The position numbers and the translations under genes are program-made. The notes beneath the pieces were generated by a model. The model saw only the letters and a program-made list of their open reading frames with translations. It did not search any database and was not told the origin of the DNA. Positions 34,601 through 46,151 of a stretch of DNA of 64,000 nucleotides are shown here, piece after piece (position 1 is the first letter of the stretch; every line of letters starts with the position of its first letter). The DNA is from Takakia lepidozioides (taxonomy: Eukaryota; Plantae; Bryophyta), in assembly GCA_030704615.1 (NCBI GenBank), contig CM060731.1:22010001-22074000 (forward strand), given 5' to 3'.

Positions 34601-37384
34601 GACAAAGGGCATGAAGATCCAATGCATCGTAGACCAACACAGCTCCGGAGGTGGTGCTTGCAGGAAGAGCTAAGTAGCAATTTTCTTGATTGGGCGACAG
34701 AGCGCATGTGCCTGCATCAGAACACAAGTCCAAAGAAGACTGGTGAACCATTCGCCAAAAGGAAGATTTAAGAAGAGTTCGACACTAATCCAGTATTCAC
34801 AGTTGCAACAGACCAATTCGCACATAATAACACACTGCCCATTCTTACTTGCAGAACTAACTTCAACTGAGAAGTCAGTAACTGACAGACCTCGAGGATT
34901 ACTGATGGTATCAATTGTCTCTAGAATAGTCAGCCGAATGAGGTCATGAATGTAGGTCTTGCGCTCCAAAACTACAACCAACCTGTCATTCATCAGACCC
35001 AACAAGAGCCATCAGGGACATAGAGTGGTGTCACCCTCCTGCAGTGTGAATTGTGGGGTGAATATTGCCATCAAATTCATGCTCGACTTAGAAGCAGAGT
35101 AAACAATGGGTGGGAGATCAATCTCGTGTCCATTGAGCTCCACCACCTCACCTTCTTCTTGAAATTAAAATGGGCACTGCAAATTCAGTTTCACCCTGAT
35201 ACAAGTAGTTCGGCAGGAAGCTGCCACAGCGACTTTATTGAGCCTATCCTATGCTTGGACCACTAACGCAGGCTTGTGAAGAATCTCAAATCATATGCCT
35301 ACCGTTTGCGATTCATGCGCACTGCTAGAATGGATGACATAAAGTTGAGCTCTGCCAAGTTGGATCCGGTGCACGTATTGAACACGCTCAACCGCCGCGG
35401 AGAGAGTGCAGGCTTCAATCAGGATCCACAACCATATTAGTTAGTTTTCTCCTGCCTTTCAAGATGCAACCAAGCAGAGCTGACGAAACACTTTGCCACA
35501 TTTGAATGTCAAGGCAAACATTCATTCATACCTCTGAGAAGGTATCGCACAGAGGTGTCTGTCAGTCAGAGAGGGACAAGAGAGCAAGCTACCTGTTCAC
35601 CAGCTCCCACAAGTGCAACCAAGCTGGAGCTGAAAAGCATCTCCACCACACTTATCGCTCCTTCCGCTGTCAACACTCAGCTCATCGATGTTAGACTACT
35701 GAAGTTTGAAATGTTTAAGATGTGCCTACAGTTAGATTATCCATCTTCCCAAACGATTGCCTGGCAGTCTGGAGTAATCCTAACTAAGTACTACAATGTT
35801 GAATACAGGCGTAAAGTTGATAGAGCAAAATTAGCAGATGGTGATGACACATTACTCATTTTGTTTGATAGCCATCAGATAATTAGCATCTCTTGAATAC
35901 CTTCCATTGATCAAAGGTATTGTAATCGAGGCTATAACCACAACTTCTCACTGAGTTGGTCAAAGGGTGTTGAGTGAAAACAAGTTTCATGTTAGAGCAG
36001 CTGTTCAGGCCCGCTAGCGAGAACAGATATTCTCCTGAGAACTTCCCCTTCTGTCTGTCTCCTACCCTGCTTTGAGCTCTTTTTGAGGTGGAAATAGTAT
36101 CGTATTGATTATTCAAAACACATATGATCTCTGAGAAGGTTTTGGATGAACAACATGGAATGAGATGCATGGAGGAAGAAGATGAGGCACCAAACACTCA
36201 CAGCGTTCGTAGCAGCAGCTACAAGTGTCGCAGTTGAAGATTTTGTAGCCATCCTTTGTCCCGATCGCCAGGCAACTGCAAACCCCCAACACCAAATCCA
36301 CATCAACAATTTCTAACTTGGAAATACTGGAACATAATAGTGATACCAAGATATAGCAAATACCAGGGTCCAGTCCCCATGATTTCATGTGTGTAGATCT
36401 TTCCCACAACAACCATTGGGGTGCTCCTTATAATCTGTGGACTTCCCTAAGTTGACAACTGTTGAATCTAGTCATACCACACCGCTGTAAGACCTCCCTT
36501 CGACACACATAAGATGATGAAGGCAGCTGTGCCTTTGAGTCCTTGGGTGGGAAGGTCTGGTAATGTATACGAGTATTGGTAGCCTTTGGCATTTGCCTTT
36601 GTGACGAAACTGCCCAATGTTTCATTAAGGTGCTTGAATTCTGGGAACCCCTACTGATGACAGCATAAATTATGTCATGTAGACTGACTGTCACTTACAG
36701 GATTTGTGGTGTGAGTGGACTTAAAATAGGATCCATTCCAGAATTTATCCGTTCTACCCTGAGCCTTTCCCATCCCTCCTCTCAGTAGCTAGCTGACACC
36801 ATGATTCTTAAAATAATACCCATAGCTAGCTTATCATCCACTGTGCCCAACTGCTGCAGCAATCTCGGACAGAGTTCATACCCTTCTGGTTGAAACCCTC
36901 AACCTGCAACCTCTCCCCCCACCTATCTCTTCCTCCTTTTCCTTCTGCACGTCTTAAGCTGACAACCTAATTTCCAACAGGTGAACCTTACCATGACTGG
37001 TACAAACTCCGACATTTACTGAAGCTGGTAGTTTGATTCTAAAGGAAGACCCCCTTCACTGGTCCTCTTTTGTCTCCAACTTCAGCAATCAAAGTCAACT
37101 TTACACTAGATCTGCAACAATTGTAACTGGAGATAAATGAAACATTCTGCACATCACAAGTGCTAGAACTTTCTGGTGCCAAGTGCCAAGGCCCATTTAA
37201 TGTATGACCTTTCATGGCCTGGGTTATGTAGCTGTGCAACAAACTGGCCCGTTACAACTTGGTGCTAAAAACATCCCAAATGGCCAACATTTTGGAAAAG
37301 GCAAATTCATGGTCAGCAACCGGACCTGTGGTCTTGATTGAATGCCGAATACAAGAGGCGGCGGGCTCCAGGCTGTTCACTCAT
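31685..37384 (-). CDS. ATG18b: Autophagy-related protein 18b (PROPPIN/WIPI WD40), 11 exons (~374 aa)
   Basis: Phase-consistent exons 37384-37326, 36275-36202, 35666-35593, 35412-35303, 34982-34891, 34711-34599, 34261-34142, 33969-33824, 32502-32386, 32215-32144, 31832-31685. Motifs [51 protein letters not shown], the FRRG lipid-binding motif, LERE. Confidence 0.95.
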
Positions 37385-38189
37385 GGCCCCCTCTCTCTCC
37401 AATCTCCCGGATGCCTTGCTGTAAAGGCCTTCAGAAATATTGTTTCAGTATACCTGCTCCCTTCGATCTGCTAGAAGATGTGACTTTGGAGTAACGAGTG
37501 CCGAAGTTAGCTTCAAATTCCTAGGCTCTCCCTTCATTGAATAAGGAACTAAGACTTTGATTTTCACTTACACGACGTGGACTTGAAGCTTGAGCTCAAA
37601 AGATACTCAATTCAGATGACCAAAAAAGACATGATAAGCAAATTCTTAAAAACCTCAAATCCCTGCAATAAAACTCAAACACAGCGATTCTCAGACGAGC
37701 AATCCGTCCGTCTACCTACCCTCCACTTGTTCCACGGATTCACTCCATAAGTTGTCAAATTACCAAGCGGTGCTGCTGTTCGCAGTCTAAAATTCCAGCC
37801 TCTCGCAAACCCAATTTCCTCTGTAATCTCCCTCCTCTAATCCCACTCTCCTCCCCTACAATTTAGTCTGGATTGGCTGAATCCTCAAGCTAATTACGGG
37901 CTATGACCCGTAGCCCACTTCGAAAGCCCACTTCTCGGACCTGCCAATTCACCCTCAGCCTTCCATGCACAGACCGGCAAATCGAGGAGAAGACCAGACC
38001 TCTCCCTCCCTTGTCTTTCCCAACGGCCCGCCCTTAAAAAGGCCCCCACGGCACGTTATGTCCCCGGGCAACCACAGATTCTGGGACCTCGTGCCACAAT
38101 TATGTCTACCGTTTCCTCTTTTTGTTTCCCCTTCTTCTTCTTCAAATCTGTTTTTTCTATTTAGATCCCCACTGCAGACCGGTGATAAA

Positions 38190-38270
38190 CACTCCACACA
38201 GCAAGGTGACAGGATTTGAACCCAGAGACACCCGGGTGGTTTGCAGTGCACTACCCAACTGATCTACCGA
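38190..38270 (-). mobile_element. tRNA-derived SINE copy in the divergent promoter region
   Basis: Reverse strand GGTAGATCAGTTGGGTAG...CCACCCGGGTGTCTCTGGGTTCAAATCCTGTCACC (A- and B-boxes). Confidence 0.6.
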
Positions 38271-38547
38271 GAATTCTAAGGCAATTGTGAAGTTGATTTA
38301 ACTTTGTATCAGGGTACAAATCCGATTTAGCGTGGCAGACAAATCCGCATTAACAAGTGTTTTTCTTTGTTTCTAGTCTCTCATTCTTGGCCTCTCGTTC
38401 TGCGGTCCTGCTTTTGCCTGAGTGTAATCGTCTCGGACCTTGAGGGTACTAACGTGATGCATTGCAGTATATGAAGATTGTGATTGTTGGATAGTGAGTA
38501 GAATTTCATTTCATTGTACATTTGCGAGCTCTTGAAGGAATCAGAGA

Positions 38548-38549
<2 letters not shown>

Positions 38550-38581
<32 letters not shown>
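38550..38581 (+). repeat. (GA)n microsatellite in the 5' region of the RRM gene
   Basis: About 16 GA units seen directly. Confidence 0.95.
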
Positions 38582-38582
<1 letters not shown>

Positions 38583-38633
38583 ATGGAGGCAGGTCTGCAG
38601 CGTGGGCAGATGTGAATTTTGGAAGTGAGGGCT

Positions 38634-41314
38634 ATGGTAGCAGCAAGTGCGGTGGTCGTTGCCTCACAGTTGTCACAAGGAATTTTAGTCCGTAAAAACA
38701 GCACCCTACCTTGTGGCTATGGCTGTGAGGCTGGCGTGGTGGCTGCCAGAGGTGTACATAAACCCTGGAAATGCAGGACCCGAAATCAGTTAGAAGGGAG
38801 TATAGAAGTGGGTTGTTCATGGGCGTGGGGGCAGTGTGGCGCGGTGAAGGAGCTTCTAGGCTTGGAATTAGCTGGCAAGCACAGAAAATGTAAAAATGGT
38901 TTTGAAGGAATTCGAGCAATAGTTCGCTCTCCCGCGAGAATGGACGTTGCTCTGTTAGGTTACTCGGAATGGTGTCCGGCATCGATGGTATCTACTTTGG
39001 CTACTCACAAAGGAGTTGTATCGCGGCTGAGATGTCAAGCATCTGGGAGGGGCCGTGAAAGAGGCGAGTTGCCACATTGCTGTTTTTCTTTCTTGAACGG
39101 AATAGTTGGGTACAGAGTTTGTGTTTGTTTAGAAGGAGTGTTTCTGTGTGGAAGAAATTCCTTCGACTACGAACTGATCAAACTCGGTGAAGAGATTTTG
39201 CACTTTGATGATTCAAAGTTAGTCTTTCTAAGGTTAAATCATTACGTTTAATTTCAGTGTAGGTTTTACAAGATTGCTCGTATAAAACCCTGCTTAGAGG
39301 AACTGGACTCACAAGGTTTCCACTATCCAGGCTGAGAACATGGACTGGACTACTGCATCTGGAGCAGCGTTAGGAAGCAGATTCTCAGTACAATTGGGTG
39401 CTCGAGGACCTTAAAATTTTCCCTGGAAATGTGGGGTTGCAACATTTTCATGGAGGCTTGTGGTCAAATAACCCTAGTCGGTTTGTACTGACATGATATC
39501 AAACACCTTCACATAATCCTTGTTGGCATCATTCAAGTGTATATTGTAACATTCAGATAAACCTCCTACCCATAAATTATTTCATGCAGGTGTAGTCAAA
39601 GAGGGCCAAGGAAAACGTGATGTTCGCATGAAAAGTAAAGAAAGCCAGGGTACTAGAGACAGCGATGAAAATCAGGCCAGTGGTGCGTTTGCTGCGCTTG
39701 CCTCCCTCAAGGCCCAGCTGGATTGTTGGGCGTCCTTCACTACTGTCAATGTGAATGTAGGTCTGCTATCCCTACTCTTTTGTGTGTCAATAAATAATCA
39801 ATTATATCAAACAGCAGTATTGCTAAGCATATGAGCTGACCTCAAGAGTGACCACCATGTCTTGTTTCTTGCAGTAATCATTTTCCATCCAAGTTTGTTC
39901 GTGCAGCATAGTCAAGTTGGCCTTCCTGCCACCTAAATATCTGTTCCACCAAGTATTAAGGGACCACTTCAGAACAACCTTCTCACCCCAGAGGGACCTG
40001 TCTTTTAGATTTCTTCTCCACCTCTTTCTTTTCCTCTTTCTTCCTCTCTTCGCCGAAGTGATGTAAAGCCTGGTATATCTGTGAAGTGACATTTATAAAC
40101 ACACGACGAGTATTTCACAATGCATTTCAAATCTGTTTCTCTCTTTCTTTCTATGCGGGGAGAAACAAGATTGTAATTCCTTTTGTGCATTGACAATATT
40201 CTGAATCTCCTCGTCTTGTCTCGGTTTTGGACTGAAGGGCAGGAGGCAAGGGCAGCCAGAGCTGTGACTCAGCAGTCTTCAGAGAGCAACCCTTCTCCAG
40301 ACCCATCTAGTTCCCCATCGTCAAACACAGCAACAAACCGCCTGAGTGGCAATCGACTAAAGACCAGTCCTTCACCAGTCGACAACGCTCCACAGACAAG
40401 TGATGCTGGAAACAAACAAGCAGGGTTACAGATTTATCTGTCTAACTTGCCAAACCGGTTGACAAGGCAGGAATTCACTCAATTTATGGAGGGTATTCCA
40501 GGGCTCACAAGCTGGAAATATGTTTCTAACAAAGCCGGGGGGTGCTGTGGGTACTCCTTTTGCGAGGTGGCGACAGCCAGAGACTTGGGGCCCGCCATTG
40601 AAGCTCTCTCTCAGCGGGTCGTTCATGGTAAACAAGTGAAGGCCAAGCTGACAGAAAATGGGCCCATTGCTGAGTCCAAGGGATCACAAGGTGATAGTCA
40701 ATTTTTAGTCAATATCCTCTGGTCACCTTAGTCACAATGGTAATGTATGTTCTCACGAGTTCTATTGGAATGCGGCAATTTTGATTATATGCAACTCATA
40801 TCTGAAAATCTCTCTCGCAGAGGAAGAAATGAAGCCTCAGCCAAGTCTCATGTCCACAGCAGCAAAGAGGTCAGCTCCAGCACCTGAGAAGGGCACTCAG
40901 TCAAGCCCTCTAGCAACCAAAAAGGGAGCTAGTCAGCCATCGGAGGCTAATACATCCAACAGGACACGGAAAACTAAGAACAAAGCTTCAATGGGTGGGA
41001 GAGGCCGCTTGGCAGTTGTAGAGAAACTACAAAATCCAGCTAAAGACACTTTGGGTTGGGAGATTGATGACTCAGAGACTGGGGTGTCCAAGGGGGCAGC
41101 TATTTTGGCTGCCTTGCAGAAAGCTACAGTCCTAGAAAAAGCAAAAACCCGACGTAGGAAAGAACCAGGAGAGAGTTTACAGACAAAAGTTGAAGAAAGA
41201 AGAGAGGAGGCAGCTCTGGAGGAGCGCCCCCCACAGCCTATTGTCTTAAGGCCAGAGTGGAGTGAACGAATTAAGAGCCTTGAGACACTATTAATGGACT
41301 TGAAGCAAATGTAA
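38634..41314 (+). CDS. Uncharacterised RRM-containing protein with transit-peptide-like N-terminus, 4 exons (~515 aa)
   Basis: Exons 38634-39063 (GC-AG donor AG|GCGAGT), 39590-39760, 40238-40690, 40821-41314, all phase 1. RNP2 IYLSNL and RNP1 CGYSFCEV. C-terminal KGAAILAALQKA...PIVLRPEWSERIKSLE helix. Confidence 0.75.
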
Positions 41315-42583
41315 AATTGATTGGTGACGGAGAAGAAGATATCTTGCACAATTGAAGATTTGGAGGGTTATAGGAGGAAAAGATGTCAATGACTGGATTC
41401 ATCAGCAGATTGTAAATATCAACAACAAATATTCCAATCTAGTCCAGAGTTCAGTGGTTGTTGAGGACATTGAAGGCAGGTCAGACGCCTATGCTTGACA
41501 AAGGAGTGGGGTAAAACATCTGATCTGATCACTAAATTTCAAGCATGCCAGATATCCGCTTCTGTTTCATTTGATTTTCCTTTCAAAGTACTGCATTGTC
41601 ATTTTTCCTTGCCAACAGAGACCATCTCACACCCAGAGAACCGTGGAAAGGCACACTAAGAGGGCTCAAAGACTTGGAAGACGGCATGTTATCACCTCTC
41701 TCACATACAACTGGTGATTACATTAGAATGGCTCGGTCAGTGCAATTGCCTGCAGACAAGATGCACAGCCGCAGAGCCCAATAAAACAATCATGACAAGG
41801 CGATATTGTGTTGAGAAATCTGGCTCAACTCAACAGTACATCTGTGCGATTGTGCTTATGAAGACCTGGACACCATCCTAAGCCCTGATGTCCACCCCCA
41901 CAACAATTTTGAATGGGTAGTCATACCAATTTATGTACAAAGATAACCAGGTGGAGGTGGTAGACTGTCAATAATCATCTGAGACACTACCAACCTATGA
42001 GGCCTGAATAGTCTAGCTACATACAAGTCAACTATATAGAGGTGTAGTTACAGCCTAGGAACATATACATCTATTGCACAGTCACAGCTTGGGGTGCACT
42101 TTGTCTCCAGGCGTCAAAGCTCACTGTAAAATGCTACTATATCCTTCCCAATATATATCACCGTTCACTGAAGCCTAGCAGATTCAGACTAGAGAATACT
42201 GACACCTAATCCACCTCTGCCCTCAGACCAGTGTGCAAAGCAGAAATTAGTAAACTTGGGTATATATACACATATGGACAACGGTGAATACTCTTTGCAG
42301 CTGTCGATGATGACCCTCGCTCCAGTAGCTGGCAGCCCTTGCCAGCCTTCTTCCAGGGATTTGAATCCCCCCTAGGGAGTTAATCTGGGCGCTTTACATG
42401 ATTCTACTGTAGCCATATATCCTTGATCCTCTCGATCTGAACCCCAACTGGGTTGTGAGGCAATGTGCAGTGAATGCATCGGCAGCATGCTTACTATCAA
42501 TCAAATCCCTTTGTTGATTCTACAGAGCCACACTTTGGACTTGGGGAGATATTACAGGATGATGTAGGTCTCTGAACAGAGTA

Positions 42584-43582
42584 TCATGCCTGCTTCTGCT
42601 GCCGCATCTTCTGAGAGCGCAGCTGTCTGAGCTCATCTCGTAGCTTTGCAGCATCACGGTAACGTTCCTCCACAGCTGCAATCATCATGCTCCGCACCAG
42701 CACAAATTCTGCGGCTGCAGCACAAGAGTCTGACTCCGGCCTATCCAATTCAGTTAGTACATGCCCTGCACTGGACCGCAGAGAGCGAGCGGGCAGCCTC
42801 GCAGGATCGCTTACAATGCGCACTCCATCCCCCAAGGCCAGCTCCTTGTTCACTTGGATTGGGATCTTGCAGCGAACCGCAAGATTGATGGCGTCCGACG
42901 GCCGCAGGTCCAAGCTCACGGCTTTCTGCAACTCGTCCCCCTCTTTTGCAAGGTACAGCCGAGCATAGTAGGCCTCGTTCACTCTCCGCGTGACGCGCAC
43001 CAGCTTAGCCTTGTAGCCCATGAGCTCCAGCATGTCCCTCATTACTTGATACACCGTGGGCCTTGCAACTTGGACATTGCGCACAGCCTCCATGAGCATG
43101 GTGCTAGGCAATTCTAACACAATTATGGGAAGGAGGAGGTTGGAGCCATCTTCCATCTGGAGAACAATGGCAGGCTGCGGAGCATAGTCAGGCAGATGAC
43201 CTCCTTCAGGGTTGTTGTGTGCGCACTTGACAAGACGGCCATCCCGCATCTTCATCACGAACCCCTCCGGACCACTCTTCACCTCGACCGCTTCCACAAC
43301 AGTGGAGTTAACATAATCTTCATCGTTCTCACTGAACCCCTCAGCAGTGCTCCCATTGTTAAACGACATGCTGGAGTTACACGATATGGATTGCCTCACG
43401 TCCGCACTATTCCCCAGCCTCAGGGAGGCCGGTATGGCCGTGAAGCGCGCTCCTCCAAGCTTGCTGATTTTCAGTGGCCCACCCGGCGCCCAGGCCACTG
43501 CCATAGCCAGGTTCTGCTGCAGCCCCATAGATGCGGGGCAGTGCATCACGCTCATGGCCGCCGTCTGCGTTAATGCCACCAT
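42584..43582 (-). CDS. BBD: Bifunctional nuclease (DUF151/BFN domain + UVR helix), intronless CDS
   Basis: FSENDEDYVNSTVVEAVEVKSG, GGHLPDYAPQPAIVLQMEDG, LLLPIIVLELPS, ARPTVYQV, DLRPSDAINLAVRCKIPIQVN, AAVEERYRDAAKLRDEL. Confidence 0.93.
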   Translation of the reverse strand: MVALTQTAAMSVMHCPASMGLQQNLAMAVAWAPGGPLKISKLGGARFTAIPASLRLGNSADVRQSISCNSSMSFNNGSTAEGFSENDEDYVNSTVVEAVEVKSGPEGFVMKMRDGRLVKCAHNNPEGGHLPDYAPQPAIVLQMEDGSNLLLPIIVLELPSTMLMEAVRNVQVARPTVYQVMRDMLELMGYKAKLVRVTRRVNEAYYARLYLAKEGDELQKAVSLDLRPSDAINLAVRCKIPIQVNKELALGDGVRIVSDPARLPARSLRSSAGHVLTELDRPESDSCAAAAEFVLVRSMMIAAVEERYRDAAKLRDELRQLRSQKMRQQKQA

Positions 43583-44731
43583 CTCACCCCACCCCACCCC
43601 GCAGCAGAGCTCCACAACAGAACCGCACCGTCTCCCAGGCCTCCCAACCTGCGCACACCGGTTCTCACTACCCACCAGAATCAAGCAAGCCGGAAGGCCT
43701 TGGACCTCCCTCACAGCATCTCACAAGCAAGCAACAAGCAAGCAAGGCTGCAGTCTGCAGGCAGGGACTTCTAAACTCTAAACACCTGCCTGTTAAAATT
43801 TGCTCAGCAGGACACCAGATCCAGCAAAGACACTGCCGTCTCTTCTGTCAGACTCTTCTGTCACTGCACGATGCTCTGACAGCCTGCTCACAGCCTCAGA
43901 AGAAGGAGAAATTGAATGCAAGAGCAGCAGAGATGGCGTGCTGGGCAGAAAAAGCTCATCACAACCCCACCACAGCCATATCAGCTTCAAATCCAAGTAA
44001 AAATCCCAAACCACTCTTTAAACTGATCCAATCCTTCCCCCTCGATTCTCTCAATTTCAGAAAAGCAAGCAGGCGCTGCAAATCCTCAGCAGGCCACTTG
44101 CGCAATCAAAGCAGCAAACAAATGAGGCTACAAGCCTACCTACCTACATGCATCCCATCCCCTCATCTCACTACTCGCCGTCTTCATCTTTCCACACGAC
44201 CGGTTCAGATGAGGCATATTCACATCCAACGATCAGGGTCTGCTGATTTTGTTGTATGGTAAAAAGATGGGTCCGCATGATAAAGTGCTCACGCTACCGT
44301 GAATCTTTCTGGGGCATCTTGTACACGAGATTCTTATCTTTTTTTTTCTTTTTTTCGTTGTTTTTCCATCCATTGATCAGTCAGGATGTGAGCGGGGACG
44401 AGCCCACGGGGGAACGGTGTCGTGTAGAGAGTATTTATAGGTGCAGCAGCAGAGAGTTATCGGCAAACAATATGGGATAATGAAGTCCAAGGTGCGGCGG
44501 TGGGCCAGACGAATATCCTGCCTTCCTTTTGTCAAAATCAACTGATTCAGGTCCCTCAAATTCTTTGGATTCATATTCCGATAGCTGCGCAACAGAGCTT
44601 GTTACCTCTCTAACTATGAGGCTGTTGCCTGTGTGGAGGATAAGGGTTAACTTAATGGGATCACTTTTGCTCAATTTTTTTTTGGTTGTTTTTAGAAAAC
44701 AACAGGCCCTCCTCAAGGACCTGAATAAGTA

Positions 44732-44790
44732 GTGAGCAGTGGCTCCCAGGTTTCCATTAAAAAAACAATGGCCAGGGAGCCACTGCTCAC
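44732..44790. repeat. Perfect 16-bp-stem inverted repeat (hairpin)
   Basis: GTGAGCAGTGGCTCCC (44732-47) pairs with GGGAGCCACTGCTCAC (44775-90), with an inner CCATT/AATGG pair. Confidence 0.9.
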
Positions 44791-45279
44791 AAATCAGGCC
44801 CCTTAATTATAGTGAGAGGAGAAAATAACCTGTATGATGGTAACCTCGCCATGAGGCGCGCACAAGGCTCAGGGACAGCACCCAAGGGAAGGAGCAGAAG
44901 AACATGCACGTGTTGGGAGGTTCTCTGATTCAACTACAAGACCTCGGAGGTTATCGAGAAGGTTATGTGGATATATAACCACGGTTCTACGAAAAACAAT
45001 ATCAGGCAAAAGGCTCATAAACGCCGGTTAGGTAGTTTTGATATAATTGGCCTGAAAACCATTTTGACTTGCGGGTTATTTGATGGAAACAGCCCATTCT
45101 TTGGGGTTCTTACAATTAACCAGAATGGGTGGTTCTTTCCATTAAAAGTATATGTGAAAAACCCGCGGTTCTTTGATTCTAGGATTCTGTAAGAACTGGA
45201 GGATCTTCGACTCTAAGATTCTGTAAGAACCTGAACTGGAGGTTATGAAAGAAATCACTTTCCGACCAACACTGGAACA

Positions 45280-45372
45280 TACCACACCCCACCAGGTAGC
45301 AGGGATTTGACCCCAAAGTCACCTGGGTGGTACTCATGGCCAACTTCCATGTCCTAGCCAAATCGCCAAGTT
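45280..45372 (-). mobile_element. tRNA-derived SINE copy
   Basis: Reverse strand ...CCACCCAGGTGACTTTGGGGTCAAATCCCTGCTACCTGGTGGGGTGTG, homologous to the 17.55-kb copy. Confidence 0.55.
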
Positions 45373-45833
45373 ATCCAAAGTTTGCCGAATGGTGGCATGG
45401 ATGGTTGCTTTTATGTGCATAGGGTTTGAAAGTAACCTGGCAATAGGTCTACCTCGCTGTCCAAGGCCAGGACCAATTGAGCGGGTCACTTGGCAAAGGG
45501 TGGGTCCCGCAAGTGCGATATCCTACTAAAGAGAGATGAGAATAATGAGCAATGTGCACAAAGGTCACCTTCAGATCACGTAGAAGAGAAGGGCAACCTA
45601 GTACAACAGGTGAAAAGCGATTACTGATATGATATCGGCCATGAACTCTAGCGCCAATTTCCCAGTATTACGCTCACCGATGTCAGTCACCGGTTTCTCG
45701 GCGCCTGCGAAAATTAAGGCATGGAAGCAAGTCGTCATTTTTGTCATCTAGTGCCAACTTGGCCGACTGTCGATACATGGAAGTTGGCCCTTAGTGCCCT
45801 GTCCAACTGGTGGAACGAAAATTGCTTTACTTA

Positions 45834-46151
45834 GAGCATCCCCACCGGTGTCCCTAAATGCCACGGCAACGGTACTTGAGCCCCGGCCCTTGTATCCGCA
45901 CCCCCGGGCCCGCACTTTGGTGCAGGATACATGCCCTCATCAGCCCGGCCGGTACCTGCTGGAGTGACTAAAAACCACGCCTGCGTGCATTTATGGCGTG
46001 ATGGTAAGGCGGTGTCTGCCAAGTGGTCCCTCCGCAGCAAGGCACGTCATCAAAAATTAGTTTGATGCAATTGCCGCCGGGGAGGGGAGTGTTCGAGGCC
46101 GCGGGAGGTTACTCAGCAGTGGTGTTTAGTGTACCCCCCGTGGAGATGCTC
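45834..46151. mobile_element. PIF/Harbinger (Tourist-like) MITE
   Basis: TIRs GAGCATCCCCAC / GTGGAGATGCTC flanked by a TTA target-site duplication on both sides; 318 bp. Confidence 0.88.

Noticed and set aside
43531-44262. 243-aa plus-strand ORF
   Set aside because: Antisense to the BBD 5' region, low-complexity, with no recognisable domain.
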